Assembly: GCA_951406725.2 (NCBI GenBank)
Contig: OX597816.1
Coordinates: 57,970,001-58,034,000, forward strand
Origin: Octopus vulgaris
Lineage: Eukaryota
Direction of reading: 5' to 3'
Length of the DNA stretch: 64,000 nt
A program made the position numbers and the translations under genes. Position 1 is the stretch's first letter. Each line of letters starts with the position of its first letter. This document shows positions 52,623 to 64,000 of this stretch, one piece after another. The notes under the pieces were generated by a model, which saw nothing but the letters and a program-made list of their open reading frames with translations, was not told the DNA's origin and did no database searches.

Positions 52623-55600
52623 TTAGAATGGGTAGGGGGTACTTAGAATGGGTAGGGGGTATGTGGAATTGCTGCAGAAAGCAGCCCGGGTCTTTGTAGT
52701 CACAGCATATCTCCAGAGATCTCGGTCCTTCGCCATTGCCTCAGTGAGGCCCAATGCTCTGAGGTCATGCTTGACCACCTCATCCCATGTCTTCCTGGGT
52801 CTACCTCTCCCCCTGATACCTTCAACTGTTTGGGAGTGGCACTTCTTCACACATCTCTCTTCATCCATCCGCAGCACATGACCATACCATCGCAAGCGTC
52901 GCTCTTGCACACCACATCTGACGCTTCTTATATCCAGCATTTCTCTCAGGATACTTACACTCTGTTTTGCGTGCACACTGACACTACACATCCAGCGGAT
53001 CATGCTAGCTTCATTTCTTTCAAGTCTACGCATGTCTTCTGCAGTCACAGCCCATGTTTCATTACCGTGAAGCATGGCAGTTCGCACACATGCATCATAT
53101 AATCTACCTTTTGCTCTGAGGGAGAGGCCTTTTGTTGCCAGTAGGGGTAGGAGCTTTCTGAACTTTGCCCAGGCTATTCGTATTCTAGTGGTGATACTCT
53201 CTGTGCATCCACCTCCGCTACTAACTTGGTCTCCCAGGTAGCGGAAACTATCAACTACTTCTAGTTTCTCTCCCTGGAGTGTGATGGAATCTGTTTTCTG
53301 AGTGTCTGTTGTGTCTATTGTCCCTGTGCATCTGCCGCACATGAAAGCTATCTTATCTGTTAATTTCCCTTTAATGTTGCTGCACCTCTTATGTGTCCAT
53401 AACTTACATTGGGTGCATCTTATGGAGTTTCTACCTGTACCTTTCCTACAGGTTGAGCAGGGCCACCTACCCGAGGGGATGTGTGTTGAGTACCTCTTGC
53501 TGCTTACTAATACTTTGGTCTTTGCTACATTTATTCTAAGGCCCTTTGATTCCAACCCTTGCTTCCATACCCGAAATTTCTCTTCTAGTTCCGGTAGTGA
53601 TTCTGCTATGAGAGCTAGGTCATCGGCATAGAGGAGCTCCCAGGGGCATCCCGTTTTGAATTCCTCTGTTATTGCTTGAAGTACTATGATGAACAAAAGG
53701 GGACTGAGGGCTGAGCCCTGGTGCACACCTACTTCTACTCGGAATTCTTCACTATATTCGTTGCCAATCCTAACCTTGCTAACAGCCTCTCTGTATAGAG
53801 CCTGTACAGCCCTTATTAGCCATTCTTCAATCTCCAGTTTCCGCATCGACCACCAGATAAGGGAACGGGGAACCCTGTCAAAGGCTTTCTCCAAGTCTAC
53901 AAAAGCTATGTAGAGGGGTTTATCTTTAGCTAGGTACTTCTCCTGCAGTTGTCGGACCAGGAATATAGCATCAGTGGTGCTTCTACCTGGTACAAAACCG
54001 AACTGCATTTCATCTAAACAAATTCTCTCCCTAATGAGATTGGTTATGACCTTCTCTGAGACCTTCATCACCTGGTCCAACAGTTTGATATCTCTGTAGT
54101 TATTTCTATCTAGAGCATCACCCTTACCCTTGTAGCAGTTGACTATGGTACTGCTGCACCAGTCATTGGGTATGGCTCCATTGTGAACTACCTGGTTTAC
54201 AATGCGGGTGACTATGGCATGGCCCACATAGCCAGCTGTTTTAAGCATCTCAGCAGTGATTCCTGATAGGCCAGGGGCTTTGCCTGGTTTCATATCCTTA
54301 ATTGCCTTATCTACAAGGGAGCTGTCTATTCGGGTAGCTGGTCCCTCTACTGGGTCAACATTTGGCAGGCTCTCCTCCTCCCATTCATTCTCCTCATTTA
54401 GCAGTCTTTCATAATGGCTTCTCCAAGCCTCTTTCTTTTCACTAGTAGTAAAAGCAAGTGCCCCATCATCCATGCGGACACATTTCTCTCCTATAACATC
54501 GCTATTTTCTCTGACACACTGTCTGGCAATCCGAAATACTTCAGCTCTTTGATCCTCGCGACGCTGGACATTGGCAAACTTCTTCTTTTCTGCTACATCT
54601 TTGGCAATGTATACCTGCCGCCCAGCCTCCCTTTTGGCTATCTGGTACAGTTCCCTGCTGCCCCCCTCCTTCCAGGCTTTCCAGGCCCGTCTCTTTTCAC
54701 AGATGGCTTTATCTACTGCACTATTCCACCACCACGTAATTCTAGGTCTGGAAGGGACTTTGCACCATCCACAAACTTGGTCTGTGGCACTCAACAAGCT
54801 GTCCCGTAGGAATTCCCAGCTACCTTCTATGTCTGACATCTGAAGCTCCTCTTCCCTCTCATCAAATTTCTTGATGAGTATGTCCCTAAATTTCTGACCA
54901 TGCGAAGGGTTCTTTAGCCTCCAAATCCTTCTTTTCTGGATTGGTTTGTTTCTTGGAGTCCTTCTGGCCTCAAGCTTAAAGTCACTGATGATTAGTCTAT
55001 GCTGAGGGATACATTCTTCACCCGGGAGGGTCTTTGTATTCAAGAGCAACCCTGCATCCCGTTGTCTGGTGAGGATGAAGTCTATTTGGCTAGCGGAGTC
55101 TCCTGACTGATAAGTTATAAGGTGGCAGACTGGCTTCTTGAAGTTAGTGTTGCAGATTGAAAGGTTACATGCATCACAGAATTCCAGTAGTCTAGTTCCC
55201 TCATCGTTTCTGGTGCCAATACCATATCCACCATGTACCCCAGTGAAGATACCCGATTCCCGCCCAACATGCCCGTTAAAATCTCCACCTACAAAGATGA
55301 GGTCCTTGTTACTAGTCTTTGAAGTAGCCTGCAGAAGGGTATCATAAAAGTTGTCCTTCTGATCATTTGGTAGTCCCGCTTGTGGGGCATAGGCTGAGAT
55401 AATCATAGCTGTGCCACTCTGTAGGACCAACCTGAGCTTAAGCACTCTATCACAAACCCTGACAACCTCTATGACCTTATCCACCCATTCCTCCGCAAGG
55501 AGAATGCCTACACCCCCTACACCTTCCGCGTTACCTTGCCAGTAGAGTTTGTATCTAAGTGCCTTGCCCGTGAGGACCCTAGCCGAAGCATCTCTCCATC

Positions 55601-55859
55601 TTACCTCTTGTATGCAGCATACATCAACCTGTCTTCTCTCTAGCATCTCTACAATCTCACTAGACTTGCCTGTCAATGTACCAACATTGATAGTGCCAAC
55701 TCTGAAAACTGGGAAGGAGATGTGGGGGGGACAGGGGGGATTCGGCGCCTGAGAAGAGGAGGGTTGTAGTGGTGGTGATAGTTTTCGTGGTATTTTTCTT
55801 TTGATCTCTCTTCCAACCTGACCACGCCGTGGGCAGGAGCTGGTGTTAGCAGTGGACAT
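52623..55859 (-). CDS. RTE ORF: APE endonuclease + reverse transcriptase with inserted PHD-type zinc finger, 1078 aa
   Basis: APE motifs GTINVGTL, CIQEVRW, GGDFNGHVG, SQIDFIL. RT motifs DLEKAFD, GVHQGSALSPLLF, YADD, FRYLG. RTE-type C-terminus RRLRWYGHV...RGRGRPRKTW. Confidence 0.95.
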   Translation of the reverse strand: MSTANTSSCPRRGQVGREIKRKIPRKLSPPLQPSSSQAPNPPCPPHISFPVFRVGTINVGTLTGKSSEIVEMLERRQVDVCCIQEVRWRDASARVLTGKALRYKLYWQGNAEGVGGVGILLAEEWVDKVIEVVRVCDRVLKLRLVLQSGTAMIISAYAPQAGLPNDQKDNFYDTLLQATSKTSNKDLIFVGGDFNGHVGRESGIFTGVHGGYGIGTRNDEGTRLLEFCDACNLSICNTNFKKPVCHLITYQSGDSASQIDFILTRQRDAGLLLNTKTLPGEECIPQHRLIISDFKLEARRTPRNKPIQKRRIWRLKNPSHGQKFRDILIKKFDEREEELQMSDIEGSWEFLRDSLLSATDQVCGWCKVPSRPRITWWWNSAVDKAICEKRRAWKAWKEGGSRELYQIAKREAGRQVYIAKDVAEKKKFANVQRREDQRAEVFRIARQCVRENSDVIGEKCVRMDDGALAFTTSEKKEAWRSHYERLLNEENEWEEESLPNVDPVEGPATRIDSSLVDKAIKDMKPGKAPGLSGITAEMLKTAGYVGHAIVTRIVNQVVHNGAIPNDWCSSTIVNCYKGKGDALDRNNYRDIKLLDQVMKVSEKVITNLIRERICLDEMQFGFVPGRSTTDAIFLVRQLQEKYLAKDKPLYIAFVDLEKAFDRVPRSLIWWSMRKLEIEEWLIRAVQALYREAVSKVRIGNEYSEEFRVEVGVHQGSALSPLLFIIVLQAITEEFKTGCPWELLYADDLALIAESLPELEEKFRVWKQGLESKGLRINVAKTKVLVSSKRYSTHIPSGRWPCSTCRKGTGRNSIRCTQCKLWTHKRCSNIKGKLTDKIAFMCGRCTGTIDTTDTQKTDSITLQGEKLEVVDSFRYLGDQVSSGGGCTESITTRIRIAWAKFRKLLPLLATKGLSLRAKGRLYDACVRTAMLHGNETWAVTAEDMRRLERNEASMIRWMCSVSVHAKQSVSILREMLDIRSVRCGVQERRLRWYGHVLRMDEERCVKKCHSQTVEGIRGRGRPRKTWDEVVKHDLRALGLTEAMAKDRDLWRYAVTTKTRAAFCSNSTYPLPILSTPYPF

Positions 55860-56410
55860 TTGTTATCGTCTCTGAGTAACGTAATTAGGTAGAGGAAAGA
55901 AATACAGATATTCTAGAGTTGAGTTGGGGAGGTCCAGTTGAGGCGGGTAATATAGGGGAGCAACCAGTGGGGAAGGTTGGGGTAAGGAGGAACGATGGCA
56001 GGAAGGGTTGGTGTAGGTTCCTAAGAAGATTACGAGGCGGGAGGGTACTAAAGGGGATGGTCGGATTGACGAGGCGGGAGGGTACTAAAAGGGGATGGTC
56101 GGATTGAGGCAGTGTCAGGAGGAAGCGTAAGATCGGTGGGCAGTTGATGAGCTATGGCGCTAGCAGCTTGTCTTAAGCATATGAGGAGAAGTGGTAGTGG
56201 GAGGAGGAGGAGGGAGTAGGGCGTACCCAGTGTAGATGAGTAAGGTGTATCCGGTGTAGATGGAGAGAACGGGGTATACTGGTATTGGTGGTGGGGGGGG
56301 TGAGAACAGTGTTCAACGGTATTGGTGGTGGGGGTGAGAACAGTGTTCAACGGTATTGGTGGTGGGGGGTGGGGTGGTGGGGGTGGGGGTGGGGGTGGGG
56401 GGGGGCGCAC

Positions 56411-57349
56411 CGCCAATGACTGAAAGATGGGAAAAAGATGGGATTACGGCTTGAGGCAGCCTGCGGTTAAATATTGTAGAGAGAGAGATAGGAAGATAAA
56501 TCAAGTTATGGCGAAGGCTTGAAAGTATCCTAAAAAAGGTTAAATTTTCGTAACAGTGTATGAATAAACGTATTAACAACGAATAAAAAAATATAGTAAG
56601 ATAAATTTTTTAAGAACTTGCTGCGGTCATCGAGCGGGAGTTGAAATTGAAGAAGAAAGTAGTTGAACTGGGAATTTAAATTGCAGAATCGTAATAGTAA
56701 TAGTAATGGCGGTTTTCAAGTTTTAGCATATGAAGAAGAAGAGGAGGAAAAAGAAGACCGCCAATGACTGAAAGATGGGAAAAAGATGGGATTACGGCTT
56801 GAGGCAGCCTGCGGTTAAATATTGTAGAGAGAGAGATAGGAAGATAAATCAAGTTATGGCGAAGGCTTGAAAGTATCCTAAAAAGGTTAAATTTTCGTAA
56901 CAGTGTATGAATAAACGTATTAACAACGAATAAAAAAAATATAGTAAGATAAATTTTTTAAGAACTTGCTGCGGTCATCGAGCGGGAGTTGAAATTGAAG
57001 AAGAAAGTAGTTGAACTGGGAATTTAAATTGCAGAATCGTAATAGTAATAGTAATGGCGGTTTTCAAGTTTTAGCATATGAAGAAGAAGAGGAGGAAAAA
57101 GAAGACCGCCAATGACTGAAAGATGGGAAAAAGATGGGATTACGGCTTGAGGCAGCCTGCGGTTAAATATTGTAGAGAGAGAGATAGGAAGATAAATCAA
57201 GTTATGGCGAAGGCTTGAAAGTATCCTAAAAAAGGTTAAATTTTCGTAACAGTGTATGAATAAACGTATTAACAACGAATAAAAAAATATAGTAAGATAA
57301 ATTTTTTAAGAACTTGCTGCGGTCATCGAGCGGGAGTTGAAATTGAAGA
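56411..57349 (-). repeat. ~2.7 tandem copies of a 348-bp monomer forming the RTE 5' end
   Basis: cgccaatgactgaaagatggg recurs at 56411, 56759 and 57107; copies are near-identical. Confidence 0.92.
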
Positions 57350-57351
57350 TC

Positions 57352-57418
<67 letters not shown>

Positions 57419-57639
57419 ACGTGTATGTTTGTGTGTCTGTCCCCCTAGCATTGCTTGACAACCGATGCTGGTGTGTTTATGTCCCCGTCACATAAGGGTT
57501 CAGCAAAAGAGACTGATAGAATAAGTACTGGGCTTACAAAGAATAAGTCCCAGGGTCGAGTTGCTCGATTAAAGGCGGTGCTCAAGCATGGCAGCAGTCA
57601 AATGACTGAAACAAGTAAAAGAGTAAGAGTAAAGAGTGT

Positions 57640-57680
<41 letters not shown>

Positions 57681-58001
57681 CACACACATATATATACACA
57701 CACACACATATATATACACACACATATATATATACACACACTCACATATATATATATATATACACATATATACACACACATATATATACACACATATATA
57801 TATATACACATATACATACACACATATATACATACACATATATATACATATATACACATATACATACACACATATATATACATATATACACATATATATA
57901 CACACATATATATACACATATATATACACACATATATACATACACATATATACACACACATATATATACACACATATATATATATACACATATATATACA
58001 C

Positions 58002-58034
<33 letters not shown>

Positions 58035-58557
58035 CATATATATACACACATATACACATATATACATATATATACACACATATACACATATATATATACA
58101 CATATATATATATACATATATATACACACATATATATATATATACATATATACACACACATATATATATATACATATATACACACACATATATATATATA
58201 CATATATACACACACATATATATATACATATATACACACACATATATATATATATACATATATACACACATATATATATACATATATATACACATATATA
58301 CACACATATATATACACACATATATATAAATACACACATATATATATATATATACACATATATATATATATACACATATATATATACACGCGCAGGAGTG
58401 GCTGTGTGGTAAGTAGCTTGCTAACCAACCACATGGTTCCGGGTTCAGTCCCACTGCGTGGCATCTTGGGCAAGTGTCTTCTGCTATAGCCCCGGGCCGA
58501 CCAATGCCTTGTGAGTGGATTTGGTAGACGGAAACTGAAAGAAACCTGTCGTATGTA

Positions 58558-58623
<66 letters not shown>

Positions 58624-59109
58624 CGTGTGTGTGTTTGTGTGTCTGTGTTTGTCCCCCTAGCATTACTTGACAACCGATGCTGGTGTGTTTACGTCCCCGT
58701 CACTTAGCGGTTTGGCAAAAAGAAACCGATAGAATAAGTACTGGGCTTACAAAGAATAAGTCCCGGGGTCGATTTGCTCGACTAAAGGCGGTGCTCCAGC
58801 ATGGCCGCAGTCAAATGACTGAAACAAGTAAAAGAATAAAAGAAAGAATACATATATACACACACATACATATATATACACACACATATACATATATATA
58901 CACACACACACATATATATACACACACACATATATATACACACACACATATATACATAATATATACACAGACATATATACATAATATATACACAGACATA
59001 TATATACATATATATACACACACATATATACATAATATATACACACACATATATACATAATATATACACACACATATATATACACACACATATATACACA
59101 CATATATAT

Positions 59110-61203
59110 TTGATTGATTGATTGATTCTAGTTTCAGCTCTTGAGCTGTGGCCATGCTGGGGCACCGCCATTTGGTGTTGCTACTTGGTTTTACTTCACG
59201 AAAGCTTTTTAGCAACTGCCATTTGGTGCATGAGAGAGTTCGATGCAGCTGCCCTCATCTGCACCTCCTGCCGTGAAGTTGGTTCATCTGGGACACCTGA
59301 CAGGAAGAGATCCAGTTCCATTTTAAAGACATCTGCATCCACCCCATGCAGGTCTCTCAGGTTCTTCGGGAGGATATTGAAGAGCTGTGGGCCTCGGAAG
59401 CCCAGGCTATCACAGTATCTTGTCCTACATCTTGATGGCAAATTTAGAGTCCTAGGCACCACGCAGTGGCGCCCAGTTCTGGCATTTGTGTAACTCTCGA
59501 TGCCAAAGTTTGGGACACGTCCCTCCAGGATCTTCCAGATGTATATTATGGCATATCTTTCCCGCCTACGCTCCAAGGAATATAGTTTTAATCTCTTGAG
59601 TCTTTCCCAATAGCTTACATTCTGCATAGAGGCTATCTTCTTTGTGTAGCTACGCTGGATCGCCTCGAGCTCTGTGATCAACTTGACACTGGATGGTGAC
59701 CATAACTGAGAGCAGTAGTCAAAGTGGCTTAGGACAAGTGTCCTCCAGAGGACCATCATGGTATCTTGTTCTCTTGTTCTAAAGGTTCTGAGAATCCATC
59801 CGGCCAGTCGTCTACATTTCATTGCCAATTTAGCAACATGTACACGAAAGGTTGCGTCATCACTCATGTAAATACCCAGGTCACGCACTGATTGTGCCTC
59901 TGGGATTGCTATTCCTCCGGGTCCAGTGTATTCATTGGGTATTGCATTTAGTTTTGCATGCTGATAGTATAAAGCTTGAAACTTTTCAGCATTGAACTGC
60001 ATGCTATTCTTTTCAGCCCACTTGTATATTTTGTCCAGCTCACATTGCAGGCGTTTAGTGTCCTCAGGGTTCTGTATTGCCTGTGAAACTTTTGTATCAT
60101 CTGCATAACTTGTGATCGTGGCTCTCTGCGTGGCTGAGGGCATGTCTGAGAGGGCCATTATGAACAGTAGTGGTCCCAGAACAGTGCCCTGCGGAACACC
60201 GCTCACTATTTGTGTGTTAATGGAGGTGGCCCCATTGGCTACTACCACCTGACTTCTATCTTTCAGAAAGTCATGAAGCCATTCTCCCAGTTTTCCAACT
60301 ATGTTGAGATCACGCAGTTTGTGACATATCATTCCATGATTGACTTTATCAAAGGCCTTTGCAAAGTCGAGATATATCACTTCCACATTTGAGTGGTTGA
60401 GCAGCCGTTTCAGCACCCAGTCATAGTGTTGTAGGAGCTGAGTTAAACAGCTTCTCCCTGGTCGGAAACCATGTTGGGTGTCGGGCAGCAAGTCATTTTC
60501 TTCAAGGAAGGTGATCAGTTTCCTTCTGACTATTCGTTCCATGACCTTGCTGATGAGTGAGGTCAGAGAGATAGGTCTGTAGTTCTTGGCCTCCACTCTG
60601 CTACCTTCTTTATGAATGGGGCATATTTTACCTTCCTTCAATTTTCTTGGAAGTTTGCCAGCTGCAAGGAAGCTCTTAAAGAGGAACTGCAGTGGTCTTG
60701 CTAGGACTCTCTTACATGCTTTTAGGAGGATTGCCGGGAATCCATCGGGGCCAGTAGCTGAGTCTGTTTTCATTTCATCTATAGCCTTTATTACATCGTC
60801 TTCCTTTATATCGATGTAATTTATCGTCGCCGCCTCTGATTTTATATCTGCAGTGGTAAAGAAGTCAGTTGGATTGGTGATTTGGAGATGCCCAAGGGGT
60901 GGAGTGAAAACACTCTTGAATTGCTCATTCAGTATTTCACTTACCCTCATTGGTTTTCCTGTGAGTGTGCCATCCTTTTCAAGGAGTGGCCCTATTCTAC
61001 AGTGCACCGTAGCTGTTTCATTGGCATACCTGTAGAAAGCTCTGGAGTTAGATTTTATGTTGTCTATAGCCCATGCTTCTTTGTCTGCTCTTTCCTTTTC
61101 ATGGGAGATTTGCAGACATTTTTCAATTTCCAACAGTTTTATTTTTAGGCGGGACTTTTCACTGCTTTCAATCTGTTTGTTTAGGCGATTTGAAATTTTT
61201 GTA
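59110..61203 (-). mobile_element. 5'-truncated CR1-like LINE with open RT frame
   Basis: ORF 59196-61220: TGPDG, NYRPISLTS, QHGFR, YLDFAKAFDKV, SGVPQGTVLGPLLF, YADDTK. No endonuclease; (AATC)n tail. Confidence 0.92.
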
Positions 61204-61218
61204 AGCACACATACATAC

Positions 61219-61265
<47 letters not shown>

Positions 61266-61492
61266 CATACATATATACACACATATTTGGCACCTGTGAT
61301 GTCACAACTCATTTCTACAGCTGAGCAAACTGGAGCAATGTGAAATAAAGTGTCTTGCTCAAGAACACAACACGCAGCCTGGTCCGGGATTTGAGCTCTA
61401 CAACCTCACGATCATAAGTTCGATGCTCTAACCACTGAGCCATGCACCTACGTGTGTGTATATATATATATATATACACACACATATATGTA

Positions 61493-61523
<31 letters not shown>

Positions 61524-61760
61524 GCACATATATACATATAAGTCAGTAAATGGTGGGGTTGTATTAGTAATTAGTAAAAAAAAACGGAGAAAAACAATGC
61601 GAGGACATACATGAGTGTGTGTGTATATATATATATATACTAAGAAAATATATATACTATAGGAACCTTAGAGAAATTTTCTACCAGTGACTAGCATGCA
61701 TAAAATAGTCAGTAGACCACATATTTCTCATATAAAATATACACTAATTTTAGATGAGAA

Positions 61761-61810
<50 letters not shown>

Positions 61811-62127
61811 CAGTAAACCAGTAAACAAAGCTAGATAAGAGGAAGTCATGATTATGTCACAATATTTATTTACGTTTTTCCAGGAAAATCAAGTTTCATA
61901 TGAATGACTCTGCAAATTTTAAATGTCACGTAGACTCACCAATGCAGTGTTATGTGCATTCTCTCGCTTTGTTGAATTCTCTGAAATAGCCCCAACCCTT
62001 CCCAGCCTGGAAGACTGACGTAAAACAGTGATGATGATGTATTTACTTATGTGCCTATATATTTACATACACCTACGTATTTACACTCATGAATATGTTC
62101 ATAAACAAAAATATTTATTCACCCATG

Positions 62128-62160
<33 letters not shown>

Positions 62161-62162
<2 letters not shown>

Positions 62163-63578
62163 TCATCATCATCATCCTCGTTTAACGTCCGCTTTCCATG
62201 CTAGCATGGGTTGGACGGTTCAACTGGGTTCTGGGGAGCCCAAAGGCTGCACCAGGCCAGTCAGATCTGGCAGTGTTTCTACAGCTGGATGCCCTTCCTA
62301 ACGCCAACCACTCCGAGAGTGTAGTGGGTGATTTTATGTGCCACCGACACAGGTGCCAGACAAGGCTGGCGAACGGCCACGCTCGGATGGTGTTTTTATG
62401 TGCCACCGACACAGGTGCCAGACGAGGCTGGCAGACGGCCACGCTCGGATGGTGTTTTTATGTGCCACCGACACAGGTGCCAGACGAGGCTGGCAGACGG
62501 CCACGCTCGGATGGTGTTTTTATGTGCCACCGACACAGGTGCCAGACGAGGCTGGCAGACGGCCACGCTCGGATGGTGTTTTTATGTGCCACCGACACAG
62601 GTGCCAGACGAGGCTGGCAGACGGCCACGCTCGGACGGTGTTTGTTACGTGCCCACAGCACGGAGGCCAGTCGATGCGGTACTGGCTACGGTCCCGTTCG
62701 GATGGTTTTCTTATGTGCCATCGGCACTGGTACCACAAGGATACAAATTCCATTGATGTTCATCTATTTTGATTTGGTTTGACTTGATTCGATTTGACTT
62801 TGATTTGATTTGCCTCAACAGGTCTTCTCAAGTGTCACAAGCAGGAAGGTATGCACAGGCGGACTGACTACGTCCCAGGTAGGGGCCACGGGTTATGGCT
62901 TCACTAGTCTTGCCGGGTCTTCTCACGCACAGCATACTTCCATAGGTCTCGGTCTCTGGTCATTTCCATGGTGAGACCTAATGTTCGAAGGTCGTGCTTC
63001 ACCACCTCGTCCCAGGTTTTCCTGGGTCTACCTCTTCCACGGGTTCCCTCAACTGCTAGGGATTGGCACTTTCTCACACACCTATCTTCATCCATTCTCG
63101 CCACATGACCATACCATCGCAATCGTCTCTCTTGCACGCAACAACTGATGCTTCTTAGGTACAACATTTCTCTTAGGGAACTAACACTCTGTCGAGTAAG
63201 TACACTGACATTACACATCCATCGGAGCATACTGGCTTCATTCCTCATGAGCTTACGCATGTCCTCAGCAGTCACGGCCCATGTTTCACTGCCATGTAGC
63301 ATGGCAGTTCGAACACATGCATCATACAGTCTGCCCTTTACTCTGAGCGAGAGGCCTTTAGTCACCAGCAGAGGTAAGAGCTCCCTAAACTTTGCCCAGG
63401 CTATTCTTATTCTAGCAGTTACACTCTCAGCGCACCCACCCCCACTACTGACTTGGTCACCTAGATAACGGAAGCTATCAACTACTTCTAATTTTTCCCC
63501 CTGGAAAGTGACGGAAGTTGTTTTCTGCAGATTTTCGGAGGTCAATGCTCCCGAGCATCTGCCACATATAAAGACTAT
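62161..63578 (-). mobile_element. 5'-truncated RTE LINE (related subfamily) with 61-bp tandem array in the 3' UTR
   Basis: ORF 62904-63545 is highly similar to the C-terminus of the 1078-aa ORF. Truncated within the PHD (FICGRC). (CAT)n tail at 62161; five 61-bp units at ~62335-62640. Confidence 0.92.
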
Positions 63579-63595
63579 ATTTATTTTATAGAAGG

Positions 63596-63646
63596 AGCTT
63601 CTACAGGACTAGAACTGTTTCATTCAAATGAAATCATCAGGAAGCT
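63596..63646 (-). ncRNA. Candidate type I hammerhead ribozyme in a Penelope-like inverted terminus
   Basis: AGCTTC-CTGATGA-TTTCATTTGAAT-GAA-ACAG(TTCTAGTC)CTGT-A-GAAGCT. Stems I and III are perfect; stem II is weak. Confidence 0.6.
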
Positions 63647-63781
63647 TGGTGTCAAGAATAGTTTCATTTGAATGAAACAGTTCTAGTCCTGTAGAAACTC
63701 CTTCTATAAAATAAATTAATTTACTCTGCTATGTATTGAGTACCTTATTTACTGTGGTTAACCCCGACTCAACCCGGGACC

Positions 63782-63820
<39 letters not shown>

Positions 63821-64000
63821 TTCATGTGTTTCTTGTCTCAGTCATTTGACTACGACCATGCTGGAGCACCACCTTGAAGGATTTTTAATTGAATAAATCA
63901 ACCCCGGTTTTTTGTCTTTTTTAATCCTGCACCCATACTAGCAGGGAAGGCAGACGTTAAATGGTTATGTACTTATTCTGTCTGTTTCTTTTGCCGAACC

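Larger units (their letters stand above)
52256..57349 (-). mobile_element. Full-length RTE-clade LINE (5' monomer array, single ORF, 3' UTR, (GAT)n tail)
   Basis: Intact ORF at 52623-55859; (CAT)n at 52256-52293 on the + strand; 348-bp repeats at the 5' end; inserted in the (TA)n of a SINE. Confidence 0.93.

Noticed and set aside
56048-56579. Proline-rich ORF1 for the RTE
   Set aside because: Low-complexity translation of a C-rich tract with a non-ATG start and no domain motifs.
61940-61980. Possible upstream FANCA exon (ttcag|...|gtgagt, 41 nt)
   Set aside because: Good donor, but no recognisable homology, and the frame needed to join the 46777 exon contains a stop.

Overview
This is a repeat-dense animal genomic window, very probably from an octopus; that is inferred from the SINE families, the RTE/CR1/Dong/Penelope content and the long (TA/CA)n tracts. 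The only host gene I can support is a minus-strand FANCA (Fanconi anemia group A) orthologue. Twelve GT-AG exons between 46777 and 17117 join into one open frame and correspond to human exons 4-16 (human sequence and exon sizes recalled from memory). The introns hold a full-length RTE LINE with an intact 1078-aa ORF, a PHD finger inside the RT and a 348-bp 5' monomer array. They also hold CR1-type, Dong/R4 and Penelope elements, several SINE families, a Tc1/mariner mini-element, Helentron-like elements and minisatellites. Three observations stand out. (1) A retrocopy of a partly spliced FANCA RNA (exon 5|exon 6 junction, intron 6, intronic RTE 3' tail) sits in intron 15 of the same gene. (2) A ~450-490-bp head-to-head palindromic element occurs three times; its arms carry a tRNA-like head and a minimal hammerhead ribozyme, and each copy has its own 12-13-bp target-site duplication. 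(3) Further hammerhead ribozyme folds occur in Penelope-type termini. Most ORFs in the supplied track are microsatellite or repeat artefacts. Coordinates were read by eye and repeat boundaries are approximate.
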